Below are positions 28,018 to 38,762 of a stretch of DNA of 64,000 nt, in pieces. Under the pieces are notes generated by a model, which worked only from the letters and a program-made list of their open reading frames with translations, was not told the origin of the DNA and ran no database searches. The stretch covers positions 1,408,001 to 1,472,000 of the forward strand of contig CBDCTZ010000016.1 of the NCBI GenBank assembly GCA_965222375.1, in the 5' to 3' direction. The stretch's first letter is position 1. The number at the start of each line of letters is the position of its first letter. The position numbers and the translations under genes are program-made. Source of the DNA: Polyangiaceae bacterium (GTDB lineage Bacteria > Myxococcota_A > Polyangia > Polyangiales > Polyangiaceae).

Positions 28018-29016
28018 ATGTTCCCGATGCGGCGCGTCCTAGCTTTGGCCCTAATGCTGACGGCATTGCCGGCATGGGCCCAAAGCATGAATCCCGCTGA
28101 AGCCAAGCGCGAGTTTCAGGCGGCCCAGGCTCTGTACCAGCAGAAGCGCTGTGGCCAAGCCCTCCCCAAGTTTCGGCGACTGGTCAAGGGCACTGCCAGC
28201 CCGAACGCGCAGATCTACGTTGCCCGCTGCTTGCGAGAGTTGGGCAAGCTCGCCGAGGCGTATCAATCCTACAGCGCTACGATTCAGGCGGCGAACGCAA
28301 AGGCCAGTGAGGAAGAGCGTTACGCGGCGACTCGAAGTGCAGCGGCCGCAGAGCGCGCCGCCCTCGAGTCGAAGGTCGCTCGCCTCGTGATCGCATCGGC
28401 CGAGGCATCTGAGGGCTTGGTCGTGAAAGTGGATGGCGAGGAACTGGAGCCTTCGTTGGTTGGCGAAGTTCTTGGTCATATGCCTGGCAGAGCGCGCATC
28501 GAGGCGACTGCACCCGGGCGTGGCAGCTTCGAAAAGACCGTTGAGCTGCAAGCTGGTGCACGTGAGACTGTCACGATAGTGCTGTCTGAGGGGCAGGGCG
28601 TGGCCGCCCAGGCGAATTCCGATGGGTCTACGCCGGGGCAGACGACCGGGGACTCTGGCGTCGCGGGCGCGGATGTCGGTGGTGGCAGCAACACTTTGGC
28701 CTTCATCGCCTTGGGAGTTGGCGCGGCTGGTCTGGGGACCTTTGGTGTCGCTGGCATAATGGCAAACCAGAAGTTCGACGAGCTGGAAAAGGACTGCAAC
28801 GGCGCCGCTTGCCCCGAGGATCGACGCAGCGATGTCGAGAGCGGGCAGCGCCTCGACACCATCGCCAACATTGGGCTGATCGTTGGCGGCGTGGGCCTAG
28901 CTACGGGCGCGGGCCTGCTGCTGTTTGGCGGTAAATCGAAGCAAACTGCCCGGAGCAGCGTCATCGCCGTGCCCACGCCTTCCGGGGCGAGGGTGTCCGT
29001 TTCTGGGAGCTTCTAG
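28018..29016 (+). CDS. Secreted TPR + PEGA-like protein with C-terminal hydrophobic hairpin
   Basis: Signal peptide, TPR-like helices, beta-sandwich segment, terminal ...VSVSGSF. Confidence 0.8.
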   Translation: MFPMRRVLALALMLTALPAWAQSMNPAEAKREFQAAQALYQQKRCGQALPKFRRLVKGTASPNAQIYVARCLRELGKLAEAYQSYSATIQAANAKASEEERYAATRSAAAAERAALESKVARLVIASAEASEGLVVKVDGEELEPSLVGEVLGHMPGRARIEATAPGRGSFEKTVELQAGARETVTIVLSEGQGVAAQANSDGSTPGQTTGDSGVAGADVGGGSNTLAFIALGVGAAGLGTFGVAGIMANQKFDELEKDCNGAACPEDRRSDVESGQRLDTIANIGLIVGGVGLATGAGLLLFGGKSKQTARSSVIAVPTPSGARVSVSGSF

Positions 29017-29039
29017 TTTGGTCGCAGGCGGCGCGGGGA

Positions 29040-29063
29040 ACTTATATGCATATTGCATATAAG
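29040..29063. repeat. AT-rich palindrome, copy 1
   Basis: A-CTTATATGCA-TAT-TGCATATAAG between convergent genes. Confidence 0.9.
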
Positions 29064-29170
29064 CCTGTCACTTGCAGCGGTCTGCGAGCGGCTCTGCGAG
29101 ATTAGCGCCGCAGCCACGCCCCAGAGCCGCGACCCCAAAAAACAAACTGCCAAACCGGGCGCCGTCTAGA

Positions 29171-31642
29171 TCACTTCGGCCCGCAGTCCGCCTTGGCGCC
29201 GGCCGCGTCGTTGTTGTCTTCGCGACACTCGTTGAAGGTCTTGTTCGTTCCCTGATCGATCTTGGCGCTATAGGTGTCGCTCTGGCCCCCGCTGCCCGCG
29301 GGCACGCTGAACTGGATAGTCTCGCTCTGGCCCGGGCCGAGGGGCTGAGTCGTGGTGACGCTGCCGATCTTGTTGCTGCCGTTGTAGATGTCCACTGGAA
29401 CGCCGGCGGGCAGGCCCGAGAGCCCAATGTTGCGTACCGTGACGTGCACAATCACCGGATCACTGCATTCCACACTGACGGTGACTACGGCGTCCGGTGC
29501 GTCGAACAACCCCTTGTCCTGGACGTTCTGCCGGAAGTTGTTTAGCCAAGGGATCGTCCAGTTGGCCTGTTGCTTCGGTGGGATCAAGCCGTAGGTGTTG
29601 GGCGCAATGCAGGCACTGTCCCGGTCGTCGCAGACGTTGGAAACCGAATAGGCGTGTTGGTTCCAAAGGGTGCGGGTGCCCACCCAAGAGTTCTGCTTGT
29701 CTCCCCAGACCGTCAGGCCGCGGTGTGCGGTTTGGCCCGGGGGCGGCTTCCAGGCCGGGCGGTTGTTGGCCGGATCCGGCTGGTTCCAGGGTGCAATGTT
29801 GCACTTCCAGGACGTGGGGTTGGCGCCGTTGGAGACCATCACGATCTCGGAATGCCCGTCGCCATCCACGTCCGCCACGATGGATGCCTCCGTGGCCGTG
29901 AAGGACGTGGTCAGTTCCGCGAGCAGAACCTTGCCGGTTGCACCGTCGTAGACCCACAAGAAGCACTCGTCGTTGTAGATGACCTCGGCCTTTCCGTCGC
30001 CTTCGAAGTCGAAGACGCTCGAACCCGTGACCGACGAAGACAAGTCGTGGTTCGGCGCCTCCCACACGCTCACGATTTGGTTGGTCGTGTAGTTCGGCTT
30101 CAGCATCGAATACTTGTTCTGCTGCGCCACGCCGATCTCGGCCTTTCCGTCGCCATCGAAGTCGGCGACCGTCGGTGGTCCGCCGCTGCCGGTTCCCAGT
30201 AGCGTGAAGGGACCCAATTCGTCCGCCCCCGTGGCACCCTCGAGGATCCAAACCTTGCCGCCAGAGACGGTCACGACCTCGGGCTTCTTGTCGCCGTCGA
30301 AGTCCCCCGCAGCGCTGAGCCCGTTGGGAATAGCGGCTCCCAGGGGGCTAGCTGCATTGCGCTTCCACAGCGTGCCGCCGGTCTTGCTGTTGTAGGCCGT
30401 GTTACCGGCAAAGAGCTCGAGCTTACCGTCGCCGTCGAGGTCGACGAAGAAGGACAGTGCCTTGTTGTAGCCGCCGCCGGATGCACTGGCCGGGCCGTCG
30501 AATTGATGCGTGATGCTGTTGCCGTTGATGGTCCACACTGTCGAGGCGTAGGCAACTTCCGGGTTACCGTCGTTGTCCATGTCTCCCAGTGCGATCCCGC
30601 CGCCCCAGCCGAAGACCGCCGGGGTCGCGCCGGGATAAGCCTTGTCGGAAATACCGAGGACTTGACCGTCACCACTCACGAGGGCGATCTTGCCCTCGCC
30701 GGTCATGGCGACGACTTCCATGCTGCCATCGCCGTTGGTGTCGCCGATAGCCGTGCTCAGGCCTGCGAAACCAACGCTGCTTGGCTCTGCTTTGCGCAGC
30801 GACCACAGGGTCGTTCCCGTGCGACCGTCGACAGCTCGCAACACGCCCGTCTTGCAAGTGCTGTTGGCTGCCGGGGCGCCGTTGCACGAACAGCAAGTTC
30901 CCGCGGCGTTGCCGGACACGAAAACCAATGCCGGGGAATCTCCCGCGTTTACGGTTCCATCGCAGTTCGAGTCGTAGATGCGGCCTACGGTTGGTGTCGC
31001 CCAGGTGTCGATGAAGGCGGGGAACTCGGGCGGCTTGATCTCCTGGCCCCACTGCCACTTCTTGGTCGTCGTGAGATTGCCGGCGGTTGGATAGAACTCG
31101 CACTTTTCGAAACAGCCACCTGCGTCCGCGCCCGCGTCACCCTCTCCGCAAATCGGGGGAAGGTCCACACAGCGCCCAGCGCTGGTGACGGTGGTGGTGC
31201 ACACCTTGCCGCCGTCCGGTGCGCCGCCGTCCAAGCTCCCACCGTCCGGTTTCTCGCCGAGGCTAGTTTCGCAGTACTTGCCGTCGCCGCAGTCGGCAGA
31301 GCTCTGGCAGACCTTGCCGGGCGTCTTGCATTGCTCGAATAGGCAGACGTCTCCACTCGGGCAACACTTGCCGTTGCAGGACAGCTCCGCGCTGTCGCAA
31401 CAGATCCCCTTGGAGCACACGCCGGTCTCGCACGGCATGTTGGGGCCACACTGCGCGGGGCCTCCGCCAGTGCTCGAGTCCAGGTTGATGCCCGCGCCGG
31501 AGCCAGCCGCTCCGCCCGCTCCGGAAGCGGCTCCAATGCCACCGCCGCCGACGACCTTGTTGTCTTCACTTCCGCCGCAGGCGACTGCGACGCAGAGAGG
31601 AAGAGTCAACGATGAGAGAACAGCCAGTCGAAGTCTGCGCAT
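29171..31642 (-). CDS. FG-GAP/VCBS repeat propeller lipoprotein with Cys-rich N-terminus and CARDB-like C-terminus
   Basis: AVAC lipobox; multiple D.DGDG..E Ca-binding repeats; ECREDNN. Confidence 0.88.
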   Translation of the reverse strand: MRRLRLAVLSSLTLPLCVAVACGGSEDNKVVGGGGIGAASGAGGAAGSGAGINLDSSTGGGPAQCGPNMPCETGVCSKGICCDSAELSCNGKCCPSGDVCLFEQCKTPGKVCQSSADCGDGKYCETSLGEKPDGGSLDGGAPDGGKVCTTTVTSAGRCVDLPPICGEGDAGADAGGCFEKCEFYPTAGNLTTTKKWQWGQEIKPPEFPAFIDTWATPTVGRIYDSNCDGTVNAGDSPALVFVSGNAAGTCCSCNGAPAANSTCKTGVLRAVDGRTGTTLWSLRKAEPSSVGFAGLSTAIGDTNGDGSMEVVAMTGEGKIALVSGDGQVLGISDKAYPGATPAVFGWGGGIALGDMDNDGNPEVAYASTVWTINGNSITHQFDGPASASGGGYNKALSFFVDLDGDGKLELFAGNTAYNSKTGGTLWKRNAASPLGAAIPNGLSAAGDFDGDKKPEVVTVSGGKVWILEGATGADELGPFTLLGTGSGGPPTVADFDGDGKAEIGVAQQNKYSMLKPNYTTNQIVSVWEAPNHDLSSSVTGSSVFDFEGDGKAEVIYNDECFLWVYDGATGKVLLAELTTSFTATEASIVADVDGDGHSEIVMVSNGANPTSWKCNIAPWNQPDPANNRPAWKPPPGQTAHRGLTVWGDKQNSWVGTRTLWNQHAYSVSNVCDDRDSACIAPNTYGLIPPKQQANWTIPWLNNFRQNVQDKGLFDAPDAVVTVSVECSDPVIVHVTVRNIGLSGLPAGVPVDIYNGSNKIGSVTTTQPLGPGQSETIQFSVPAGSGGQSDTYSAKIDQGTNKTFNECREDNNDAAGAKADCGPK

Positions 31643-31766
31643 GGGGTGAGCCTCCACCGCCAAGGATAGCAAAATTGCTAGGTCAGAGCCCTCGCGTGGA
31701 GTTTTTCCGCGCCTGTGGGAATTCGCCTGTATGCCTTCCCCGGCGAAAATTGGTAAGGATTGAACC

Positions 31767-33323
31767 ATGGCCGACGGCGACAGTGCCGGCATCGACGAGA
31801 CCGAAGGCGCGACGACGCTGCGATTGGCCGTGGAGGCCGCAAGCATGGGGCTTTGGCACTGGGATGCTCAGACCAATTTGGTAGTCTGGGATGATGCCAC
31901 GTGCCGCATCTTCGGAGTGGAGCCGGGCAAGGGGCCAACGGGCTACGAAGACTATATGAAGCTAGTTCACCCCGAAGATCGCGAAACACTTCAACAGTCG
32001 ATCGCCGAGGCCATGAAGACCGGCGTCTATCGCGACGTGGAGCATCGGGTAATTTGGCCCGACGGAAGCGTGCACTGGCTCTTCGCCAAGGGTGCACTGC
32101 TTCGTGCGCCTGACGGTACGACCCTCAAGATCATCGGCGGCATCATCGACATCACCGAGCGCAAGCAACTCGAAGAGCAGTTGAGGCAGTCCCAGAAGAT
32201 GGAAGCCGTGGGTCAGCTCGCCGCCGGAATTGCACATAACTTCAACAACTTGCTGATGGTCATCCTGCCTAACGTCGAGTTGGCGAAGAAGCATGCGACC
32301 CCCGACGTATCCGCAAACCTCGACGCCATCGACAGGGCGAGTACGCGAGCTGCGGACCTAGTGCGGCAGCTGATGATCTTCACCCGCGCCAACGCCGCAG
32401 CTGCGCCCCGCCGCCAGCCCCTGCTGCCCATCGTGCAGCACTGCCTTCAGATGTGCCGCAGCTTTTTCGACCGAAGCATCAAGATCGAGTTCGGGGACCC
32501 CGTTGCAGCGCACGTTGTTGGGGATTCCACATTGCTGGAGCAATGTCTGCTGAACATCCTCTTGAACGCGCGGGATGCTCTTGCAGATTGTCCGGAGCCG
32601 CGGGTTTCGATCGAGATGGACGTCGTCGATTCCGATGACCCTGAGGGCGCCGGGCCGCAGAATGCCCGCGGCGACCCTCGACGCCTGGCTCGAATCGCCA
32701 TCAGCAACAGTGGCAAAGGGATGGACCCAGCGACACGGCAACGCGTATTCGAACCCTTTTTCACGACCAAGCCCGTAGGGCAGGGCACGGGGCTCGGGCT
32801 GGCCACGACCTTCGCCATCGTCAAGGAGCACGACGGTTACATCGAGTGTCACAACCGGCCTGGGGGAGGTGTCACGTTTGTTTTGTGGCTACCGCTGGCT
32901 GAGGGCGAGCCGAGGGAGGCATCGAGCGCTCCTCCCACGCGGCGGGGTGTTGCGGGGGTTGAGCATGTGCTGGTTGTGGACGACGAGCCCCTGGTGCGCA
33001 CGGTGTTGGAACGGGTGCTGACCTCTGCTGGCTACCGGGTGACCACCGCAGACAGCGGGCGCGCAGCCCTCGCGAGCTACGACCGCCCGGGGGCTTTCGA
33101 CCTCACGCTCCTCGACATGTCCATGCCCGGCATGCATGGTAGTGATGTGCGCACTCAACTCTTGGAACGAGATCCCGGCGCGAAGGTGATCTACATCACT
33201 GGCAACGCAGCCATGCTGGCGTCGGCGGGTGCGCCCGCACCCTTGCTAGAGAAGCCCGTCACCTCGCCGGTTTTGCTCGCCGCGGTTCGCCGAGCGTTGG
33301 GACAAGACGGGCAGTCAGACTAG
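31767..33323 (+). CDS. PAS-domain hybrid histidine kinase/response regulator
   Basis: VHPEDR PAS; IAHNFNN H-box; FTTK..GQGTGLGL; VVDDE receiver domain. Confidence 0.95.
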   Translation: MADGDSAGIDETEGATTLRLAVEAASMGLWHWDAQTNLVVWDDATCRIFGVEPGKGPTGYEDYMKLVHPEDRETLQQSIAEAMKTGVYRDVEHRVIWPDGSVHWLFAKGALLRAPDGTTLKIIGGIIDITERKQLEEQLRQSQKMEAVGQLAAGIAHNFNNLLMVILPNVELAKKHATPDVSANLDAIDRASTRAADLVRQLMIFTRANAAAAPRRQPLLPIVQHCLQMCRSFFDRSIKIEFGDPVAAHVVGDSTLLEQCLLNILLNARDALADCPEPRVSIEMDVVDSDDPEGAGPQNARGDPRRLARIAISNSGKGMDPATRQRVFEPFFTTKPVGQGTGLGLATTFAIVKEHDGYIECHNRPGGGVTFVLWLPLAEGEPREASSAPPTRRGVAGVEHVLVVDDEPLVRTVLERVLTSAGYRVTTADSGRAALASYDRPGAFDLTLLDMSMPGMHGSDVRTQLLERDPGAKVIYITGNAAMLASAGAPAPLLEKPVTSPVLLAAVRRALGQDGQSD

Positions 33324-33346
33324 TCACGCGGGCCGGGGGCTCCGGG

Positions 33347-35101
33347 CTAGATTGACAAGGAACCTTCGCGGAAGTTGCTCGAAGCCAAATGCACGTTGAT
33401 GCACACCGGCGTGCCCTTCTTCGCGAGCTGCTTCGCCTTGTCCAAGGTTTTGTCGATCTTCGCCGGGTCGGTGAGTAGGAAACCCTTGCCACCGTAGCCT
33501 TCTGCAACGACGTGGTAGTCCGTCTTGCGCAGCTCCGTGCCGACCGCGTCGCCCAATATGGTCACCTGGTCGCGCGCGATCTGTTGCCAGCTAGCGTCGT
33601 TGCCGATGACGGCGATGGGCGCGAACCCACTGCGTATATAGGTATCGAACTCAGCAAGACTGTACGCGCTGGAGCCATCACCGTAGAAGAGCCATACTTC
33701 GGCTTCCGGCCGCGCCGACGCAGCTCCGACGGCGAAGCCACCGCCGACGCCTAAGGTCCCGAACACGCCCGGGTCTAGCCAACTCAGTGGGGACCGCGGT
33801 CGGACGATGTAGGCGCCGGTGGCAACGAAGTCGCCGCCGTCCACGATCAGAACGCTGTCGTCTGCGATCTTCTCCTCGATACGTTGAAACAGGTGAACGG
33901 GGTCGACTAGGGGTCCCTTCGTGCGAGCGCCCTTCGAGATCTCATCGTCCCGGGCCTGCTCGCGATTCCGTAGGGCTTCGAACCAGCTGGTCCAGTCGCC
34001 GTTTGCGCTTGCGCGCTGCCCGAGCTGGACCAAAAAGTGCCCCGGGTGGGCTTGCACCGCGCGGGTCGGCCGGCGGTTCTTCTTGAGGGCGTCGGCGTCC
34101 AGGTTGACGCTGATGAGGTTCGCCTTCTTGTTTATCTTCTGGCCGTAGCCCATGCGAAAGTCGAAGGGGAAACCGGCAACGATCACCACATCTGCTTCCT
34201 TGAGCGCGGCGCCCCGCTTGTGTCGGAATTGGATCTCGTTGTGGCGACCAAGCAGGCCTCGCGAGGACCCGCCCAAGAACGTCGGCACTCCCAATTGGAC
34301 GACAGCCGTGGCCAACTCCTGCGCTCGTTCTGGGGTCAGGTTCACCATGGCCTGGTTGCCGACCACCAAGACTGGCCTTTCCGCACGACTCAACGCCTCT
34401 GCGACCTGCTCGACATGAGTTGCCACGTCGCCCCGGAAAGGGCTGCGCAGGGACGGCCAACCGGGGATCGGGATGTGTGGCATGTGGAACTGCTTCTTGA
34501 GGTAGCCCTTCATGGCTAGTTGTGCAGCAGCCCCAACCGGCCCCTTCATCTTGTCGACGCCGGACTCTTTCATGTACCACTCGGAGACGATCTCCTCCGG
34601 GTACAGCACGTCGACGGGGATCTCCAAGAACACCGGCCCCGGCACGCCCTCGCTAGCGGTGGCAAAGGCCTTCTCGAGCATTGGCACCAGGTCGCCGACC
34701 TTGTTGCAGCGCTCTGCCCATTTGGTGATGGTCTTCATCAGTGACAGCTGATCGATATCCTGGAGCGATCCTCGACCGCGCAACACCGTAGCGGTCGCGC
34801 CGCCGAGGATGATCATCGGCTGCTGGGCCTCGAAGGCGTTCTTCACGGCGGTCGTCGTATTGGTGACGCCCGGACCAGCCGTCACCGCACACACTCCGGG
34901 GATACCTGTCATTCGACTGGCAGCATCCGCCGCGAAAGCGGCCGTCACTTCGTCGCGAACGTCGACGACCTGGAGGCCGTGCATCTTTGCGCCAAGCAGA
35001 ATCGGAGATATGTGACCGCCGCACAGGTTGTAGAGGCATTTGACGCCGTGTGCCGCGAGCACTTCGCCGACGATGGATCCGCCGTGGGGGTGATCAGCCA
35101 T
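33347..35101 (-). CDS. Thiamine pyrophosphate enzyme, acetolactate synthase-like/2-hydroxyacyl-CoA lyase (ILVBL-like)
   Basis: LCGGHISP, DVRDE, VTAGPGVTN, WLDPGVFGTLG, GDGS...GND TPP motif. Confidence 0.9.
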   Translation of the reverse strand: MADHPHGGSIVGEVLAAHGVKCLYNLCGGHISPILLGAKMHGLQVVDVRDEVTAAFAADAASRMTGIPGVCAVTAGPGVTNTTTAVKNAFEAQQPMIILGGATATVLRGRGSLQDIDQLSLMKTITKWAERCNKVGDLVPMLEKAFATASEGVPGPVFLEIPVDVLYPEEIVSEWYMKESGVDKMKGPVGAAAQLAMKGYLKKQFHMPHIPIPGWPSLRSPFRGDVATHVEQVAEALSRAERPVLVVGNQAMVNLTPERAQELATAVVQLGVPTFLGGSSRGLLGRHNEIQFRHKRGAALKEADVVIVAGFPFDFRMGYGQKINKKANLISVNLDADALKKNRRPTRAVQAHPGHFLVQLGQRASANGDWTSWFEALRNREQARDDEISKGARTKGPLVDPVHLFQRIEEKIADDSVLIVDGGDFVATGAYIVRPRSPLSWLDPGVFGTLGVGGGFAVGAASARPEAEVWLFYGDGSSAYSLAEFDTYIRSGFAPIAVIGNDASWQQIARDQVTILGDAVGTELRKTDYHVVAEGYGGKGFLLTDPAKIDKTLDKAKQLAKKGTPVCINVHLASSNFREGSLSI

Positions 35102-35332
35102 GGCGCCACTATGCGCCGACACCGCCCGGGATCCACGTCGAACTTGCGGAGTTCACAGCCTGGCTAGAAATCCCGGGTCTTCAAGCGCCAGCTTGGAACG
35201 GTGGGAGTCTCGGCCCCTCGGATCCGAGGCACGATCCAGGGGCACAGCCCGCGGCTCGGCGTGTCCGTCCCAAGCTGCCGTCGCACTCGACGTCTCCGGG
35301 GAAGCGGAGGGCTCCGCACGCGGCGCCTGGCT

Positions 35333-36398
35333 CTAGCCGCATCCAATCCGCGACTCCGCAATCGCGATGTCGTCGAACCAGCGCTTCAGGTCTTGGACCG
35401 CCCCGCTGTTCCAGTAGTTCTCCACGGAGATCAGATTGACGCCGTATTGCGTGTAGGTGCCGCGCCAGTCCAGATCCTTGCGGGACTTCTCCAGGTTCCC
35501 ATTGATCCAGAACTCGAATTGGCCATCTTTTTGGCCGGGGGTGTTCAGTTTCACGTGGCCTTCGACGCACTGCCATTTTCCGGATAGCGCCTTGGAGAAC
35601 AGGGGTGTCGTGCCTTTCATTTGGCCGAGCCACTTCAGGTTCCCAAAGTCGTTGTATTTGTTGCACGCCACCGACCCGCCGTTGACGCATGTGGCGGGGT
35701 CACCCAGTAGCTGTACTCCGGACGACCACAAGTGGGCGATCATTGCCTGGCCCCAGTTGCTCTTCGCGAACGAAGTGGCACGCATCAGCTTTGCGGGGCC
35801 GACGTCAGGCCATCCTTGCTGGTGCTTCACCCGTAGCCGCCACCACACCTCTGTGAAGTCTTCCGTGGCGCGGTAGTGAGGCTTGCCTGAGCCGACGATG
35901 GGGTTTCGCCCGAACGCGATGCTCACCCACCCCGCTCCGACCTCGCCTTTTTGGTAAGACGCTTCCAGGGCGTGGGTGCCACTGACGCCTTCGCCGGACA
36001 CGACCTTGAGGTCACCATTGTCGTCGTTGTGCTCGAAGAAGACCTTTTTGGTATCCGAGATGTTCTCGAAGTCCTCGCAGAAGATCCAATCGCTCGGAAG
36101 TGGTGAAGGGCACCCTTGCTGAGCCGTGCCACCGCTACCAGCGCTGCCACCGCTCGCTGAGCCCGCCACGCCTCCCGTGCCGACCTCCGCCGGCGCCGGC
36201 GGAACTGCCCCCGGACCCGCCCGTCGTCGTGGTTCCGGCTGCTCCACCACTGGATGTGCTGCCACCCGTGGCGGTCGTTCCTCCGACACCGCTTCCTGAT
36301 GCACCTCCAGTTGCGTCGTCAGCCGGCGAATCGTCACTGGAGCCGCAGCCAAGGAAAGCAATGCACAGCGCGGCGGTAAGGGGTGTTCGATGGGACAT
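35333..36398 (-). CDS. Lipoprotein with polysaccharide lyase-like jelly-roll domain; frameshift near 36180
   Basis: FLGC lipobox in ORF 36135-36488; CEDFE...WQCVEGHVKLNTPG...FWING...WFDDIAI in ORF 35333-36361. Confidence 0.65.
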
Positions 36399-36655
36399 GG
36401 GACTACTTTCTGGGTGCTTTCGCGGGTGGAACCCCGCGCTTGCGAGGTCGCAGCAACCGCGAGCGTCCGACAGCCCCACGCAAGTCACGTGCCTAGCTCA
36501 AAGCCCGAGCTATCTGCAGCTCCGGCACACGATGGCGAACGGTTGGTTCGCGGCGCGGTGCGACACCGCGAACGGAGTGATCGCACTGGTCCTGCATCGC
36601 GTGGGCAGATCCTCGACATACGCGACAGGCACACGTTTCGCATGGCGCCCCGGGC

Positions 36656-37601
36656 ATGCGACGTTTCACGAGGTTCGGTTCGCTTGGCGGAGTCACCCTC
36701 ATGCTGCTTGCATTGGCGATAGGTTGTGGCTCGGATGACGCTTCCGGTGGCTCCGGCTCCGGGGGCGGTGCAGGCACGGCCGGCTCTAGTGGCGCGGGCA
36801 CTGGCGGCAGCGCGTCGGGCGGGGCGAGTGGCAGCGGCGGCGGGAGCGCCGGGGTGGGTGCGACCGGCGGAGGCGCGGGGGCGGCGGGCAGTTCGGGCGC
36901 AGCTGGCTCCGGAGGCGGTGCGGGAGCGTCGAGCTTCGCTCCGTACTTCGCTGACGACTTCGAAAGCTACGCCGACGGCGCGTCCCTCAGTGGGAACAAG
37001 CCTTTTGGTGCCGCGGGCCGCACGGTGGCGACTACTGCGGAAGCGGTATCGGGCAAACAGTCTGCCAAGATGGAAATCAAGACCGAAGACAAGGGCGGCT
37101 TCGGCAAGTGGGTTCACGGCGTTTCCGTTCATGAAGTTCCTGCGCCTCCACAACGAGGAATCCGATGGCGCGAACGGCGGCTACAACGACCTGTACGTGA
37201 ACAACGCCGACGGCACTACCAAGGTGCTGCAAACCATCAAGGAAAAGCACGACAAGTGGGCATACTACGACGGACCGAGCCTCCCGCGTGACACCTGGGA
37301 GCGTTATGAGATGTACTTAGCCATCGATGACCAGACCGTCGACGACGGGGGTAGCGCCCGGGTGCGGATCTGGCGTGATGACGAACTCATATTCGACCGC
37401 ACGAATGTTCCAACCCTGTCAGGCCCCGGGGGAACAATCGACTCGTTCTATCTCTTCACGTACTGGAACTTCGGGAACGGAACGACATCGAAGCCGGTCC
37501 CCAACAATCACTGTTACGTGGATGACCTAGTCATTGCCACGAGCGCGAGCCCGCCACCCAACAAGGACAGCGCCGGGAATGCCTACATCGGCAAGTGGTA
37601 G
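36656..37601 (+). CDS. Second polysaccharide lyase-like lipoprotein; frameshift or internal deletion near 37110-37130
   Basis: AIGC lipobox and DDFES in ORF 36656; WERYEMY...RIWRD...TYWN...YVDDLVI in ORF 36726. Confidence 0.6.
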
Positions 37602-37621
37602 GTCGCACAACGGCTTCCACC

Positions 37622-37646
37622 ACTTATATGCACTGTGCATATAAGT
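37622..37646. repeat. AT-rich palindrome, copy 2
   Basis: ACTTATATGCA-CTG-TGCATATAAGT between convergent genes. Confidence 0.9.
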
Positions 37647-37649
37647 CCT

Positions 37650-38762
37650 TCACCAGCGAATGTAGGCGTCGTCCACCCAGATGAAGGTTCCGTCAGTGGG
37701 CGCCGTGCCGACGAACATGACTTCTTTTAGAGGTTGCGCCGAGAAGGTCGCAAAGTCGAGCTTCACGCCAGACTTGAAGTACTGCCTGAGCGGGATCTGG
37801 ATCTTGTGAAACTGGTCATCCGCCGGAATCGAGAAAGGATGGAACCTCCAGCGTGTTCCGGTCCCGGTTCCGACTTGTAGCCAACTTTCGGACCACCACA
37901 GCGGCGCAGCGCTGTTGCTCTTCACGTAGAATTCGACATAAGCGTCGCTGAACTCACCCTCGGAAATCGGCGCAGACAACGTCGTGCCCGACCATCGCAT
38001 GTTGAAAAAGCACGAGCCGCTGCAGGCTGGGCTCCGCATGCAGCTGCCGGCTTTGCAGCCCGCGGTCACTTCCGTGGCATCCAGTGGGAACGAGCCGGGC
38101 GGTTGAGTGTCCGCATACAGCTCGAAGGCGCCGCCCTTGGGCTGTGTTGTCATTGGTGCAGACGCCGCCGGCGATGTGAACGCACAATCCTGGGTGTCAA
38201 TTGCGCGCAAGACGCCAGTGTAGAGCTTGCCTGGGGAGAGACCCGCTGTCGCGGTGGCCATCGTGAAGTCAACCCCCGAGTTTGGCTGCACGTACACGCC
38301 GAGTTCTGGGTTGGTCGTTCCGTCGTAGGTTTTGGGCGACTCGCCGGGCGTGCTGACCTCGAGTTCGTAGGTCTTGAACTGGTCCTTGGCAGCGACTGGC
38401 GACAGAGGCTCCCATTCCCAACGGATCGCCTCCGGGGTGGCCCAAGCAGCCTTGAAGTTCTTGAAGGTGATGGCCGGTGTGCAGCTGGCCCCGCCCGACC
38501 CTCCAGCGGCGCCGCCACTGCCAGCCGCGCTTCCGCCCGTGCCGCTGCCACCGACCCCACCGGCTCCGGCGCCCCCGGTCGCGCCGCCGCAAGCAGAGCC
38601 CGGCGTGGTGCCAATGGGTACACAGACTTGGCACACCGTGTCGCATTCGTAGTCGGCCGCGGGGCAAGGACACGCCTTGCCGGTCAGGTCGATGTCTTCC
38701 TTCCCGCAGGCCTGCAGCGCCAAGATCGCAGCTGCCGCCAGCAGGGCTCGCGTAAAGCTCAC
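37650..38762 (-). CDS. Hypothetical lipoprotein (Cys-rich N-terminus, beta-rich domains)
   Basis: LQAC lipobox; GTGA overlap with the upstream TPR gene. Confidence 0.75.
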   Translation of the reverse strand: MSFTRALLAAAAILALQACGKEDIDLTGKACPCPAADYECDTVCQVCVPIGTTPGSACGGATGGAGAGGVGGSGTGGSAAGSGGAAGGSGGASCTPAITFKNFKAAWATPEAIRWEWEPLSPVAAKDQFKTYELEVSTPGESPKTYDGTTNPELGVYVQPNSGVDFTMATATAGLSPGKLYTGVLRAIDTQDCAFTSPAASAPMTTQPKGGAFELYADTQPPGSFPLDATEVTAGCKAGSCMRSPACSGSCFFNMRWSGTTLSAPISEGEFSDAYVEFYVKSNSAAPLWWSESWLQVGTGTGTRWRFHPFSIPADDQFHKIQIPLRQYFKSGVKLDFATFSAQPLKEVMFVGTAPTDGTFIWVDDAYIRW

